A stretch of 64,000 nt of DNA from Bacteriovoracia bacterium (GTDB lineage Bacteria > Bdellovibrionota > UBA1018 > CAIPTA01): contig JBFWVL010000001.1 in the NCBI GenBank assembly GCA_050246755.1, positions 832,001 through 896,000 on the forward strand, written 5' to 3'. This document shows, piece after piece, positions 37,570 to 47,599 of this stretch; position 1 is the first letter of the stretch, and each line of letters opens with the position of its first letter. A program made the position numbers and the translations under genes. The notes beneath the pieces were generated by a model. That model did no database searches. It saw only the letters and a program-made list of their open reading frames with translations, and was not told where the DNA came from.

Positions 37570-39102
37570 ATGGAAAAAATACCAATGATAGCCGTGGTTG
37601 AAGACGACGAAGACATTAAAGAACTGGTGACGGCATTCTTCCGTCCCAAAGGGTACCAAGTGACACCCTTCGCTGACGCGCGTTCTCTCCTAAAGGAAGC
37701 GGAAAAAGGAAACTTTCCCTACGACGTAATCCTAACGGACTTAATGCTTCCCCATATTTCGGGGATCGACCTTACAAAAAAATTGCGCGGAATGGGAAAT
37801 GAAACGCCCATCATCCTGATCACGGCCCATAAGGGCTCCGAGAAGGCGATCGAAGCCATCGAAGCCGGCGCGTATGATTTCGTGGTTAAACCCCTACACT
37901 TTCCGCAACTTCAAGTTTCGGTAGAGCGGGCCCTACACTTCAACCGCATTCGCTCGGAGAATCAGGCACTGAAGACCGCGGTAGCCATGAAAGAAAGCGG
38001 AGGCGTAGATGGAATTATCGGGCGCAGTCCCGGGCTATTGCGGGCCGTAGATCTAGCCAAAAGAGTGGCCGATAGTGCCGCGAACGTTTTCGTAACCGGA
38101 GAAACCGGAACGGGCAAAGAAGTGATCGCCAAAGCGATTCACTATTTCGGCCAGCGTAAAAAGCACCCTTTCATCGCTATCAATTGCTCGGCCATTCCCG
38201 AGAATCTTCTCGAAAGCGAGTTATTCGGGCACGCGAAGGGCTCGTTCACCGGCGCCTCCGATAAAAAAATCGGGCTTTTCGAAGAGGCCGGCGAAGGCAC
38301 GCTCTTTCTCGACGAAATCGGCGATCTGAGCCTTCCCTTGCAAGCGAAACTGCTGCGCACTCTTCAAGAACGCAGAATCAAGCGCATCGGCGAAAATCAG
38401 TTTCGTCCGGTGAATGCACGGATCATTTCGGCCACGCACAAAGATCTTCGCGCCGAAGTGAAGGAAAAAACCTTTCGTGAAGATCTTTTCTTCCGCCTCA
38501 ACGTGATTCCAATTAACTTGCCGCCGCTGCGCACGCGCAAGGAAGATATTCTTCCTCTCGCGGAATTCTTCCTTAAGAAATTTTCGGCGATCAACGGTAA
38601 AAAAATCGAAGGCTTTAGCAAATCGGCCCTCGAGTACCTCTTGAAGAACCCATGGACTGGAAACGTGCGCGAGCTGGAGAACAGTATCGAGCGCGCCGTG
38701 GTTCTCTGCGATAGTAACCTGCTGAACAGCAGCGATCTCGTATTGGATCCGATGTCCAATATGGACAGCTCCGTTCCGGCCTTCGATGAGGCCAGCGCGG
38801 TGGCTAGCGCAGCCGCCACCCCTTCTTCGCCCCAGAGCAGCGGATCAAGTGCCTTCTACGGGCTCGCGGGAAGCTCCGACGAAAGCTTGGTAACCCTCGA
38901 TGAGCTAACTAACCGTTACCTGCTCTTTGCCCTAAACAGAAATCATGGCGCTAAAGACAAAACGGCCCGTGACCTCGGGATCGACCGGAAGACCCTATAC
39001 CGGCGCCTGCAGGATATGAATCGCGCCAAGCCAGATCAGCCACTCCCAATGGCGGAAGATCATTTTGGCGCGGCCACCGCGAACTCCAGCTTCACGCAGT
39101 AG
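37570..39102 (+). CDS. NtrC/AtoC-family sigma54-dependent response regulator
   Basis: Receiver (VVEDD, TDLMLP, KP); GETGTGKE, GSFTGA and WTGNVREL; HTH LGIDRKTLYRRL. Confidence 0.95.
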   Translation: MEKIPMIAVVEDDEDIKELVTAFFRPKGYQVTPFADARSLLKEAEKGNFPYDVILTDLMLPHISGIDLTKKLRGMGNETPIILITAHKGSEKAIEAIEAGAYDFVVKPLHFPQLQVSVERALHFNRIRSENQALKTAVAMKESGGVDGIIGRSPGLLRAVDLAKRVADSAANVFVTGETGTGKEVIAKAIHYFGQRKKHPFIAINCSAIPENLLESELFGHAKGSFTGASDKKIGLFEEAGEGTLFLDEIGDLSLPLQAKLLRTLQERRIKRIGENQFRPVNARIISATHKDLRAEVKEKTFREDLFFRLNVIPINLPPLRTRKEDILPLAEFFLKKFSAINGKKIEGFSKSALEYLLKNPWTGNVRELENSIERAVVLCDSNLLNSSDLVLDPMSNMDSSVPAFDEASAVASAAATPSSPQSSGSSAFYGLAGSSDESLVTLDELTNRYLLFALNRNHGAKDKTARDLGIDRKTLYRRLQDMNRAKPDQPLPMAEDHFGAATANSSFTQ

Positions 39103-39544
39103 CGTGGCGCGGAGAATTCTTGTAGATCATCTCGATTTGATCGATTACGCCTTCGGCGGATTGCCCTTTAGAGACGACGCCAAGAAATTGGAATCTCTTC
39201 TTTAAGCGGCGCTCCTTTTCCACCTCGGCGCCGTCGCAGGCCGTAACTACGATTACGGGAATTTTTTTCTGCTCGAACCAATCCTGGGGCGCCGCTGGGT
39301 CGAGCGCGAGACCGCTTTCCGCGCGCTCCAGCGAACGAAAACCGTTCATCTCGGGAAGCTGCCAGTCGGTCAAAATTAAATCGTAGCCATGGGCCGACAT
39401 TAAATTTGCCGCTTCGAAGGCATCGTGCGCCAAGGAAACGTTACAGCCGAATTTACGCTCTAAATTAAGCGCCAGCAATTGCCCGTAGGTTTCGTCGTCT
39501 TCAACGAAAAGAATACGGCGGGAAGAAAGCGGATGTTCCAGCAT
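39092..39544 (-). CDS. single-domain response regulator
   Basis: FVEDD, TDWQLPEMNG and VVTA receiver motifs. Confidence 0.85.
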   Translation of the reverse strand: MLEHPLSSRRILFVEDDETYGQLLALNLERKFGCNVSLAHDAFEAANLMSAHGYDLILTDWQLPEMNGFRSLERAESGLALDPAAPQDWFEQKKIPVIVVTACDGAEVEKERRLKKRFQFLGVVSKGQSAEGVIDQIEMIYKNSPRHATA

Positions 39545-39614
39545 AGAAGCTCCTGTTCATCGCACAGTATAGCTTTGCTGGCGCAAAGAAGAGGCGGCCA
39601 AAGTGCCGCGAGAA

Positions 39615-39911
39615 TTACTTAGGGGCTTTTTGCTGCGCGATCCAAGACCGCAATGCGGATAAGCAGGCTTCGGCCTCCGCAGCATCATGGGATTCCGCCA
39701 CCTGCTCTAATTTTTCTCCTAGAACCCCCAAGGAATCGTAGCCAAACGTGGCGGCATTCCCTCTAAGCTGGTGGCCCACTTTCGAAAAAACTTCGAAATC
39801 GCTTTTTTCCAATGCTCCCTGCAGAGAACCTAAATCTTGAGCACGACGATCTATGTACTTTTGGCGCATTTCATCCGGAATAGTTAATACGAAAGTCATG
39901 ATGCCCTCCAT
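39615..39911 (-). CDS. Hpt phosphotransfer protein
   Basis: GHQLRGNAATFG. Confidence 0.88.
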   Translation of the reverse strand: MEGIMTFVLTIPDEMRQKYIDRRAQDLGSLQGALEKSDFEVFSKVGHQLRGNAATFGYDSLGVLGEKLEQVAESHDAAEAEACLSALRSWIAQQKAPK

Positions 39912-40082
39912 CAGCTAGAGAATTAGCGAAAAAATAATTTCCAGTTTTATTTTCTATCACGATGAACTGGGCCCATAAAGGTAGTCTTGGAGGCTGACGC
40001 CTTTTGCCACATGAACGGGGCGAATCCGGCATGCGCCGGCTTGATTATACTTTTTAGCCCGCTTTTTCCGGTGTTTGAGAAC

Positions 40083-40098
40083 TGGCATCGCACTTGCG
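40083..40098 (+). promoter_or_regulatory. sigma54 -24/-12 promoter of the csbD operon
   Basis: TGGCATCGCACTTGCG (GG-N10-GC). Confidence 0.75.
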
Positions 40099-40150
40099 TA
40101 GCCGTAAGAGCAGTTCGTTCTCACACCGTCAAAAAAGGGGCAAATAAATA

Positions 40151-40387
40151 ATGATCAATGAAAATATCGCCAAAGGTAAGTGGAAAGAGTTCAAGGGACA
40201 AATCCAAAAAGCTTGGGGCAACCTTACCGACGATGAACTTGAAAGCAGCAAAGGCGACGTTAACTCGCTCTCCGGCATGATTCAGAAAAAATACGGAATC
40301 GCGCAGGAAGAAGCTCGCTCGAAACTGAACGACATGATGGCCGGCTTCGGAGATAAAGAAGACAAAGACGCATCAAAACGCCATTAA
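40151..40387 (+). CDS. CsbD/YjbJ family stress protein
   Basis: KGKWKEFKGQIQKAWGNLTDDEL...IQKKYG. Confidence 0.92.
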   Translation: MINENIAKGKWKEFKGQIQKAWGNLTDDELESSKGDVNSLSGMIQKKYGIAQEEARSKLNDMMAGFGDKEDKDASKRH

Positions 40388-40409
40388 TTGGCAACCCAAG
40401 GAGTTAACC

Positions 40410-40640
40410 GTGAAAAAAAGCTCACCGGATTTAAAAAATCAATCCATGAATGAAAAGCCTTCGGTGAGCTCGGGTCAGGCCGACGATGCATTCGGTGGGC
40501 GCCACGGTGGCCGCGAAGACATCCGCAGCAGAGCCGGAGAAGAAAATCTTCTAAAAAATGCTTCCAGTCCAGAACAGGAATTTAACCGTGGCAATCCGAA
40601 ACGCGAGTCGCCGGAACAGAAAAATTCGGCGAGAGAATAG
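40410..40640 (+). CDS. small hydrophilic hypothetical protein
   Basis: AAGGAG RBS then GTG; within the operon; looks intrinsically disordered. Confidence 0.6.
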   Translation: MKKSSPDLKNQSMNEKPSVSSGQADDAFGGRHGGREDIRSRAGEENLLKNASSPEQEFNRGNPKRESPEQKNSARE

Positions 40641-40672
40641 TAAGAGCGCCCAAAAGTAAAACAGGAGAATCT

Positions 40673-40939
40673 ATGCAAAATGCAATGAATCAAGATAAAG
40701 CGGAACAAAAATGGAACTCGGCTAAAGGATCTATCGATCGCGCCGTAACGGAAGCCAAGAGCATCGATACCGACGACCTCCGGGCCGTAGCGACCGAGCT
40801 CACCGGCAAAGTACGCGATGTTTCCACGAATCTATACAACGATTCTGTAGGGTTCGTAAAACGCTACCCCGTTAGCTCGGCTCTTGGCCTAGCCGCCGTT
40901 GGTTTCTTCTTGGGTGCATTCACCGCAAAAAGAAAATAA
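40673..40939 (+). CDS. DUF883/YqjD/ElaB-like tail-anchored protein
   Basis: C-terminal FVKRYPVSSALGLAAVGFFLG...KRK; CAGGAG RBS. Confidence 0.8.
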   Translation: MQNAMNQDKAEQKWNSAKGSIDRAVTEAKSIDTDDLRAVATELTGKVRDVSTNLYNDSVGFVKRYPVSSALGLAAVGFFLGAFTAKRK

Positions 40940-40969
40940 TTATCCCGCGCATCACGCATGCACACGGGA

Positions 40970-41003
40970 AACGCCGGCTTGGAGATCCAAGCCGGCGTTC
41001 TTT
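40970..41003 (+). terminator. strong hairpin / intrinsic terminator
   Basis: AACGCCGGCTTGGA-GA-TCCAAGCCGGCGTT followed by CTTT. Confidence 0.65.
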
Positions 41004-41022
41004 AATCACGGAGAGGAAATTT

Positions 41023-41559
41023 ATGAGACAGATTCTTATGTTAGTGGGTCAGAGCCTGATGCAACAATTTCTTCGCTCTCCCGATCCGGGACATCACGCT
41101 GCGATCGGCCCCGCTCTATTTGAGCCCGCCAAGGAATTTGCCGCCGAAACCGCACGTGAGGCGATTCGTAAATATGCGCTAGTAGCCACCCTCAGCTTCT
41201 TCTTCTCCCTCTATTTCGTGGCCGGCACATTAATTATGATCACTGCCGCCGCTTCCAGCTTTGACGCCTTTGGCTTCTTCGCTCCCGGCTCGTTCTTTTA
41301 TTCGGGAGTAGCCGTGACGGTTATCTCCCTAGGCGTTTTAGGCGGATGCTATGCATCGGTACGTAAAGGAAAGAAGAAAAAGACAAAAGCCGAAGTGGTA
41401 GAGGCCCAGGTTCCGGCAATTTCGGCTCCGGCTTTTCAATTCGGGCATGTGGCGGAAGCTATTGTTTCGGGAATCATATCCGGCATTGTTAGCCGAAGAT
41501 TTTCCAAGCCTGCACCCGCGCCAACCACGTTACGCGAACGACTCCGCCAAGTAATATAA
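41023..41559 (+). CDS. two-TM membrane protein (YqjE/holin-like in context)
   Basis: Two hydrophobic helices; follows the DUF883-like gene. Confidence 0.6.
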   Translation: MRQILMLVGQSLMQQFLRSPDPGHHAAIGPALFEPAKEFAAETAREAIRKYALVATLSFFFSLYFVAGTLIMITAAASSFDAFGFFAPGSFFYSGVAVTVISLGVLGGCYASVRKGKKKKTKAEVVEAQVPAISAPAFQFGHVAEAIVSGIISGIVSRRFSKPAPAPTTLRERLRQVI

Positions 41560-41577
41560 TTTTAGGGAGAAAGCCTT

Positions 41578-42723
41578 ATGGCCGTTACCAACCGAAAATC
41601 GGAAGGAACGAACTCGGGCCGCCACTGGCCTCTTCCTCCGGTGAACCGCAAGCTTCTTCTAATCTTGGGGCTCGCCCTGGTGGCGATTTCTTTAATCCCA
41701 TTTTGGGGATCGGTAACGGTGGCGGCGGTATTCGCCTTCGGGCTATATCCCTTCGTAAAAAAAATAGCGCAGCGATTCGGGCATGGCCGGCCCCGGATCA
41801 TCGTGGGCCTATGCGTGGCTGCGCTCGCGCTCACCATGATGATGCCCGTCACTTTCTTTAGCGTTCGCCTTTATAATCTCGCCACTACTCCCAAGGACGG
41901 AAATGCTTCCGGGATTTTTTCTTCGCAAACCCTCACCAAAATTGCCTCGGCCAAGGAAAAGATAGAGGCTAGCTTAATTTCTTACGGCGTGAAGGGAAAA
42001 GTTTTCCGTTCTGAGACGGAAGGCATGGAAGCTATCCGTGGCGGGTCCACGAAGGCGATGAACTTCTTCCTCGCCTTTTTTTCGGCAGTGCTTACCTCGC
42101 TTCCAGACGTTTTCCTCGAATTGCTGGTATTTTGCCTCTTCCTCTATCTTTTTCTTTCCCGGGGAAAGCAGATCCGGGATTCCGCGGTGAAATTCGGCAT
42201 CGTGCCCGCCGGAGACGTGGATCGCGTCTCGCACGTAATGCAAACGAGCTGTTATAACTCCCTGATCTCGAATCTTCTCATCGGCCTCATTCAATCCTCG
42301 GTAGTGGCCGCCGGCGCACGGTTGGGAGGGTACAACGAAGTGGTATTGATTTTCTCGGTGGTTTTCCTGCTCTCTTTCATTCCGTTTATCGGCTCTTCCC
42401 CTCTGGCCTTCTTGTTGGCGGGACTCAGCTTACTGAACCAAAACAACGGAAGCGCCGTTATTTTGCTCGTTACGGGGATGATCTCGGGCACTATCGATAA
42501 CGTGATCCGCCCCTACCTCGTAGCCAACGGAGAGAATGAAGTGCATCCGATCGTGAGCTTCGCCGTAATCATCGGCGCAATCGGGGTATTGGGAATAAAA
42601 GGCATATTCTTGGGGCCGGTGATCCTGACAGCCACGGTAGGACTGCTAAATATGCCGCCTCGCGGAGAAAAGGCGGCAGGTATTTCCAATATCCGCCACG
42701 TAAAAACGAAGCAGGCAAGCTAG
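41578..42723 (+). CDS. AI-2E family transporter
   Basis: SFIPFIGS, IDNVIRP and GIFLGPVI motifs. Confidence 0.92.
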   Translation: MAVTNRKSEGTNSGRHWPLPPVNRKLLLILGLALVAISLIPFWGSVTVAAVFAFGLYPFVKKIAQRFGHGRPRIIVGLCVAALALTMMMPVTFFSVRLYNLATTPKDGNASGIFSSQTLTKIASAKEKIEASLISYGVKGKVFRSETEGMEAIRGGSTKAMNFFLAFFSAVLTSLPDVFLELLVFCLFLYLFLSRGKQIRDSAVKFGIVPAGDVDRVSHVMQTSCYNSLISNLLIGLIQSSVVAAGARLGGYNEVVLIFSVVFLLSFIPFIGSSPLAFLLAGLSLLNQNNGSAVILLVTGMISGTIDNVIRPYLVANGENEVHPIVSFAVIIGAIGVLGIKGIFLGPVILTATVGLLNMPPRGEKAAGISNIRHVKTKQAS

Positions 42724-43359
42724 CTACCGTAAACGAACCTGATCCTCGAGTTCGTTAGTGTCGTCGGCCTTCTTGGGAAAGTGCTCGGCGAGTTTTCCGC
42801 CCACTTCTTCCACCACCTCGACGAGCGCATCCCCGGCCGTTCCATTCCGGAGGCCGATAACGATCTTCTTCACTTCTTCGTCCCAATAGGTGGGAGAAAC
42901 TTTTTCGTTGATGCCTTTATCGGCCAATATCACCACACGACGCTCGCGCAGAGAAATATAGATTAAAATCCCGGTGTGGTCGCGAGTATTAAATAACCCT
43001 TCTTTTACGAAGGCGAGCTGCGCGGCGGAGAAAACTTCCTGCTCCATCCAAAGGTCGCCGAGCAGTTTCCTCATTATCCAGGCCGAGCGGCCCAGCAGGG
43101 CGCCCAACGCCAAGCCACCGCCTTGCAGCGCGAAAATCGTAGAGAGCTCCGCGGCGAAGGGCCAATAGTGCGAAAGCCATAGTCCCGTGCAAGTCCCGGC
43201 GGCTAAACCGAGAACTCCGAGAAGAAATACCAGCCATGCGTAGTGAACGCTTTTGGCCGCTATCACGGGCACAATCTCGCCACTGGTTTTAGCTTCGGCC
43301 TTACCAACCGCTGCTTTGATCCGCTGGAGGTCTTGTTTAATAAAAAATCTGCTATTCAT
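42724..43359 (-). CDS. TPM domain membrane protein
   Basis: AEAKTSGEIV, TRDHTGILIY, ADKGI and DTNEL motifs. Confidence 0.9.
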   Translation of the reverse strand: MNSRFFIKQDLQRIKAAVGKAEAKTSGEIVPVIAAKSVHYAWLVFLLGVLGLAAGTCTGLWLSHYWPFAAELSTIFALQGGGLALGALLGRSAWIMRKLLGDLWMEQEVFSAAQLAFVKEGLFNTRDHTGILIYISLRERRVVILADKGINEKVSPTYWDEEVKKIVIGLRNGTAGDALVEVVEEVGGKLAEHFPKKADDTNELEDQVRLR

Positions 43360-43364
43360 CGTGT

Positions 43365-44114
43365 TCACCAAGAGGAAGAGGAACCGCCGCCGCCAAAGCC
43401 GCCGCCTCCTCCACCCCAACTACCACCGCCGCCCCAGCCTCCTCCGCCGCCAAATCCTCCACCACCCCAGTGTCCCCGGCGAGAAGGGCCGAGCACCCCA
43501 CGGCGACTTAGCCCGAATATGCTGAGGAATGCGGGAAACACAAAAAGAAGGAAAAAAATGAGCGCGAAAACCATGATGGGCATGGGAACTATCGGCCGTC
43601 TCTTATACGCCTGCGCATCCCCTTCCCCCTCTTTCAGGCCGAGGGGGATTTTCTCCTGCAGGCTAGCGATTCCGGCGGTGATTCCTCCGTAGTAATTTCC
43701 ATCGCGAAAAAGCGGGCGCACCGTATTGTCGAGCACCCGGCGCGTGAAGGCATCCGTGAGCTCGCCTTCCAGCCCGTAGCCCACTTCGAAACGCATTTTG
43801 CGTTCTTTAGGGGCCACTACGAAGAGCAATCCTTTATCTTCTTTCTTCCGGCCGAGCTGCCATTTCTCGGCCACGGCAATAGAAAAATCCTCAATCGCGC
43901 GCCCTTGCAACGAAGAGGCAATGTATACCGCAATCTCTACGCCCGAATTTGCTTTGATATCCCTAAGCCAGGCCTCGAGCTGCTGCACTTCTCCGGGTTG
44001 CAAAATTCCCAGTTCGTCCACCACCGGAGCTGGCGCGCGAATCGCGATGCTGCTGTCCCAGGCCCAAGCTGGGAGAGAGAAAAACAGCAGCAGTGCCAAG
44101 CTCGCGAGACGCAC
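43365..44114 (-). CDS. TPM domain (YgcG family) protein with a Gly-rich tail
   Basis: EVGYGLEG; C-terminal GGGGGFGGGGSSSSW. Confidence 0.92.
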   Translation of the reverse strand: MRLASLALLLFFSLPAWAWDSSIAIRAPAPVVDELGILQPGEVQQLEAWLRDIKANSGVEIAVYIASSLQGRAIEDFSIAVAEKWQLGRKKEDKGLLFVVAPKERKMRFEVGYGLEGELTDAFTRRVLDNTVRPLFRDGNYYGGITAGIASLQEKIPLGLKEGEGDAQAYKRRPIVPMPIMVFALIFFLLFVFPAFLSIFGLSRRGVLGPSRRGHWGGGGFGGGGGWGGGGSWGGGGGGFGGGGSSSSW

Positions 44115-44689
44115 TAGAATTTCACTTCGGGCGCTTTCTCGGCGCCGGCCGTGGTGGCCTTAAACGTTTCGCGCGGTTCTAGGTGCAGCAAAAATTTCGC
44201 GGTCAAGTTCGTGGGAAAGAAGCGAACCTGTTTATTGAAATCGGCTACGGTATCGATATAGCGCTTGCGGGCCACGGTGATCCGGTTCTCCGTGCCCTCG
44301 AGTTGCGACTGAAGATCGCGAAAATTTTCATTTGCTTTGAGATCAGGATATTTCTCGATCACCACCATCAAACGGCTAAGCGCGGAGGACAACTGCCCCT
44401 GAGATTGTTCGAACTTCTCGAAAGATTTGCTGTCCGACAACTTCGAAACATCTACCTTCGTCTGAGTGGCTTCGGCTCTCGCCTTAACCACCGCTTCGAG
44501 GGTTTCCTTTTCGTGCTTGGCATAGCCCTTCACGGTATTCACTAAGTTCGGAACAAGGTCCGAACGGCGCTGGTATTGATTTTCCACTTCCGACCAAGAA
44601 GCTTTCACGTCTTCGTCCAACCCTTGCAAGCTATTATAGCCGCAGGACATTAGGGTTAAACTCATCAATGCGATCCATATTTTCTTCAT
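44114..44689 (-). CDS. lemA: LemA family protein
   Basis: [18 protein letters not shown] and EGTENRI motifs. Confidence 0.95.
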   Translation of the reverse strand: MKKIWIALMSLTLMSCGYNSLQGLDEDVKASWSEVENQYQRRSDLVPNLVNTVKGYAKHEKETLEAVVKARAEATQTKVDVSKLSDSKSFEKFEQSQGQLSSALSRLMVVIEKYPDLKANENFRDLQSQLEGTENRITVARKRYIDTVADFNKQVRFFPTNLTAKFLLHLEPRETFKATTAGAEKAPEVKF

Positions 44690-44804
44690 GAATTCCTCCG
44701 AATTCTTATTGCTCTACTATAGGCTCGATTCCCGACGACGCCAGTGGCAGCCTGTCCGATTTTTCCGTATTTGACTTTTACTACCCGCGGCAAGATAAAA
44801 GGCC

Positions 44805-45914
44805 ATGGAAATTAGCCTGGAAATCACCGATCTCTCTCGCTCGGGAGCCGGAGTTGGACGCGACGCGTCTGGGCGGGTGATATTCGTTCCCTTTACCGCT
44901 CCTGGAGATCAGGTGCGCGTAGAGATCGACGCAGAAGAAAAAAACTACGCGGAAGCTTCCCTCCTGGAAATAGTACGGCCCTCGCTTCAGCGTGCAATTC
45001 CTCCCTGCCCGGTTTTTGGAAAATGCGGCGGCTGTGAATGGCAGCACCTTCCTTATGAACTCCAGTGGGCCACCAAGAAAAAAGGCGTGGAGCATTCGCT
45101 AGCCCGCGTGAGCGTGGACATAAAAAATATTCCCTGGGAAGAATTCCCGGCCGATAGAATTTGGGAATACCGTAACCGCATTCAGCTTCGTGGGCAGCAA
45201 AATGAAATCGGATTTTACGCCCGCAAGAGCAAACAGCTGGTGCCCATCGAAAAATGCTATATCGCAAGACCAGAGCTGAATGCTCTTATTCCTGAAGTTC
45301 GCGAAGAAGGAAAAAGCCGCGTACGAGAATATAAAGTGGAGCTGGAAACTTTTCCGGACGGAAAAACCACCAAGGCCTGGAACGCGGGCCATTCCGCGCA
45401 GGGTTTTCGGCAGGTGCATGACGAGCAAAATAATAAACTGAAAGCCTGGGTAAGCAGTCACCTCGAAGGGGGTGAAACCCTTCTGGATCTTTACGGCGGA
45501 AGCGGAAATCTCAGTCTCGAAATCGCCTCCCGGTTTCGAACCACGCTTTGCGTGGATGTTAGCAGCCCTATTCAGCGCCCCGAGGGTACTCCCGACAATT
45601 ATTTTTTCCAGCGTTCCCCGGTTTTGCCTTGGCTCCGCCGCGAGGAAAAACGCCTTCGTGCCGAGTGCGGCGAAATCCAGGTGATCGTCGACCCTCCCCG
45701 CGAGGGATTCGGCACAGATCTGGCCGCCATCGTGGAACTCTTGAAATCTCTTGGCGTGAAAAAGATATTATCGGTGGGCTGCGATGCCGATTCCTGGGCG
45801 CGCTCCCTGCACCGTTTTCTGAAACATGGATGGGAGCTCGAATCGCTCGGCGCGCTCGACTTTTTCCCGCAAACCCACCACATTGAGGCATTGGCGGTAC
45901 TGAAGCGCCTCTAG
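44805..45914 (+). CDS. RlmD/TrmA family RNA m5U methyltransferase (TRAM domain, 4Fe-4S)
   Basis: CPVFGKCGGCEWQH, DLYGGSG, DPPREG and DFFPQTHHIE motifs. Confidence 0.92.
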   Translation: MEISLEITDLSRSGAGVGRDASGRVIFVPFTAPGDQVRVEIDAEEKNYAEASLLEIVRPSLQRAIPPCPVFGKCGGCEWQHLPYELQWATKKKGVEHSLARVSVDIKNIPWEEFPADRIWEYRNRIQLRGQQNEIGFYARKSKQLVPIEKCYIARPELNALIPEVREEGKSRVREYKVELETFPDGKTTKAWNAGHSAQGFRQVHDEQNNKLKAWVSSHLEGGETLLDLYGGSGNLSLEIASRFRTTLCVDVSSPIQRPEGTPDNYFFQRSPVLPWLRREEKRLRAECGEIQVIVDPPREGFGTDLAAIVELLKSLGVKKILSVGCDADSWARSLHRFLKHGWELESLGALDFFPQTHHIEALAVLKRL

Positions 45915-46034
45915 GCAATTGCCGCGCAGCAGGAAATGATTTCTCCTTGCCAATACCCCACGAACGTGAAAAATTTCCGACTCAATCCTGTAACTTTCCA
46001 AAGCTTAGCGAAGAGGCCGGAAGGTTCTGGAATT

Positions 46035-46119
46035 GCCCAGGTGGCGGAATTGGTAGACGCGCACGGTTCAGGGCCGTGTATTTAACGATGTGCAGGTTCG
46101 ATTCCTGTCCTGGGCACCA
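46035..46119 (+). tRNA. tRNA-Leu(CAG)
   Basis: GCCCAGG/CCTGGGC acceptor; CACGG-TTCAGGG-CCGTG anticodon arm; CCA end. Confidence 0.95.
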
Positions 46120-46151
46120 TCACTCAATTTTTCATTTCACTAAAAGTCGGG

Positions 46152-46373
46152 CTAAGGCTTCGGCCTCAAGGGCTTCAGTAGGTGCTCTAAGCCATTTAGT
46201 TTTATTTCGTAGAGCAGTCCGAGTAGTTCACCTAGCTCCCCGCGCGGAAATCCTTCGCGGGCAAACCAAACCAAGTAGGGCTCGGGCACGTCGGGAAGAT
46301 AACAGTCCTTGTAGCGGCCAAAAGGCATCTTAGTCTGCGCCAATTTTACGAGGATGTCGCCCTTGAGTTCCAT
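46152..46373 (-). CDS. DUF3820 family protein
   Basis: MPFGRYK...PEPYLVWF..EGFP.G.LG...EIKLNGLE. Confidence 0.88.
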   Translation of the reverse strand: MELKGDILVKLAQTKMPFGRYKDCYLPDVPEPYLVWFAREGFPRGELGELLGLLYEIKLNGLEHLLKPLRPKP

Positions 46374-46475
46374 AAGCCTGGCTCATGGTATACCTGCGCT
46401 CCCTTATTTAACACCCATAGAATCGGTGGCGAGGGCATCTTTACAGCAACTCGCACCAGGTGGTTTAATCACGGC

Positions 46476-47582
46476 ATGGCCCGCCCTTTAAAATACTTTT
46501 TGCTCTTTCTCTCGCTGGCCCTTCTTGCCGTGGTGCTGACGCCGCCGTTGATTCTCTTATACAAGGGAAGCGCGCAAATAAGCTTTTCGGGAGAGACCAG
46601 TAATTCCATTTGTGTTCGACCCTCGAGCACGATGATTTATGCTTTTAAGCCAAATTGCCGAGAATCCGCGCCGCGCACTGGGTCGGCTATCATAATGAAG
46701 TATAATAATCTCGGTTTGCGCGATCGTGATTTTCCCAAGAAGCGAAAACCCGGCGTGAAGCGCCTGCTATTCGTGGGCTCCTCGCTCCTGGTAAGCCCCG
46801 GCCTGGAAGATTCCGAAACCCTGCCGCGATTGCTGGAAAAAAAGCTCCGCAGGCAAGGCCTAAAGGTGGAAGTAATCAACGCGGGAGTTGCGGGGCACGT
46901 CGACATTCAGTCCTACATGCACCTACAAAGACTGCTCGACGCCTACCATCCAGATTATGTGGTCTTTATGCCCACTGTTTCCGGCAGCCTCATGCGGGCG
47001 CGCTTCATAGAAAAATTCGCCGTTCGTGACGAAACCGGTCGGCCGACCGCAATCAATATGAATTTCGTGAGAACTTATAACTGGATTCCCGGAATGGAAG
47101 AATCCGCGAAAACCAGCATTGGCTGGCAGTCCCTTTACCTCAGCCTGCAAGCCTGGAATCGCTTCACCCTTTCCTGGGGCTGTGTCCGCTTTCTCACCAA
47201 CGAAGCACGGCTCACGCAGTGTTTATTAGGAGATGCACTCGCCTACGCCGAATGGATCGCGGAAAAAACAAAACAAGCCAAAGCCAAATTCTTAGTGGTG
47301 GCCTTTCCGGGCGCGGTGAATAACTCATTAGCCGTGTCAACGTATGTTCCCCATCGTTTCACGAAAGTCATCGGCTACCTCACTCCCGCGTTAACGGTAT
47401 CCTCCGAAGCGTACCGGACGGAAATCGGGAGAAGAAATCTTCCCGTCTATTTCTTTACGACGGAAAATATTCCTAAAAAACACGGCTTCGTTGGAGACGA
47501 CCTACATTTCGATCTGGAAGGAACAAAATTCCTCGTGGATAAAAACTGGAAAGCTTTTTATGATTTTCTGGCGAAAAAATAG
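46476..47582 (+). CDS. SGNH/GDSL hydrolase-like membrane-anchored protein
   Basis: NNLGLRD, FVGSS (GDS variant), VINAGVAG and DDLHF motifs. Confidence 0.8.
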   Translation: MARPLKYFLLFLSLALLAVVLTPPLILLYKGSAQISFSGETSNSICVRPSSTMIYAFKPNCRESAPRTGSAIIMKYNNLGLRDRDFPKKRKPGVKRLLFVGSSLLVSPGLEDSETLPRLLEKKLRRQGLKVEVINAGVAGHVDIQSYMHLQRLLDAYHPDYVVFMPTVSGSLMRARFIEKFAVRDETGRPTAINMNFVRTYNWIPGMEESAKTSIGWQSLYLSLQAWNRFTLSWGCVRFLTNEARLTQCLLGDALAYAEWIAEKTKQAKAKFLVVAFPGAVNNSLAVSTYVPHRFTKVIGYLTPALTVSSEAYRTEIGRRNLPVYFFTTENIPKKHGFVGDDLHFDLEGTKFLVDKNWKAFYDFLAKK

Positions 47583-47599
47583 AAGAATCCAATCGATCA

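Noticed and set aside
43365-43470. CCG/CCA-rich repeat
   Set aside because: The normal Gly-rich tail of TPM/YgcG proteins.
45947-46333. ORFs spanning tRNA genes (also 52722-52979)
   Set aside because: Spurious translations across the tRNAs.
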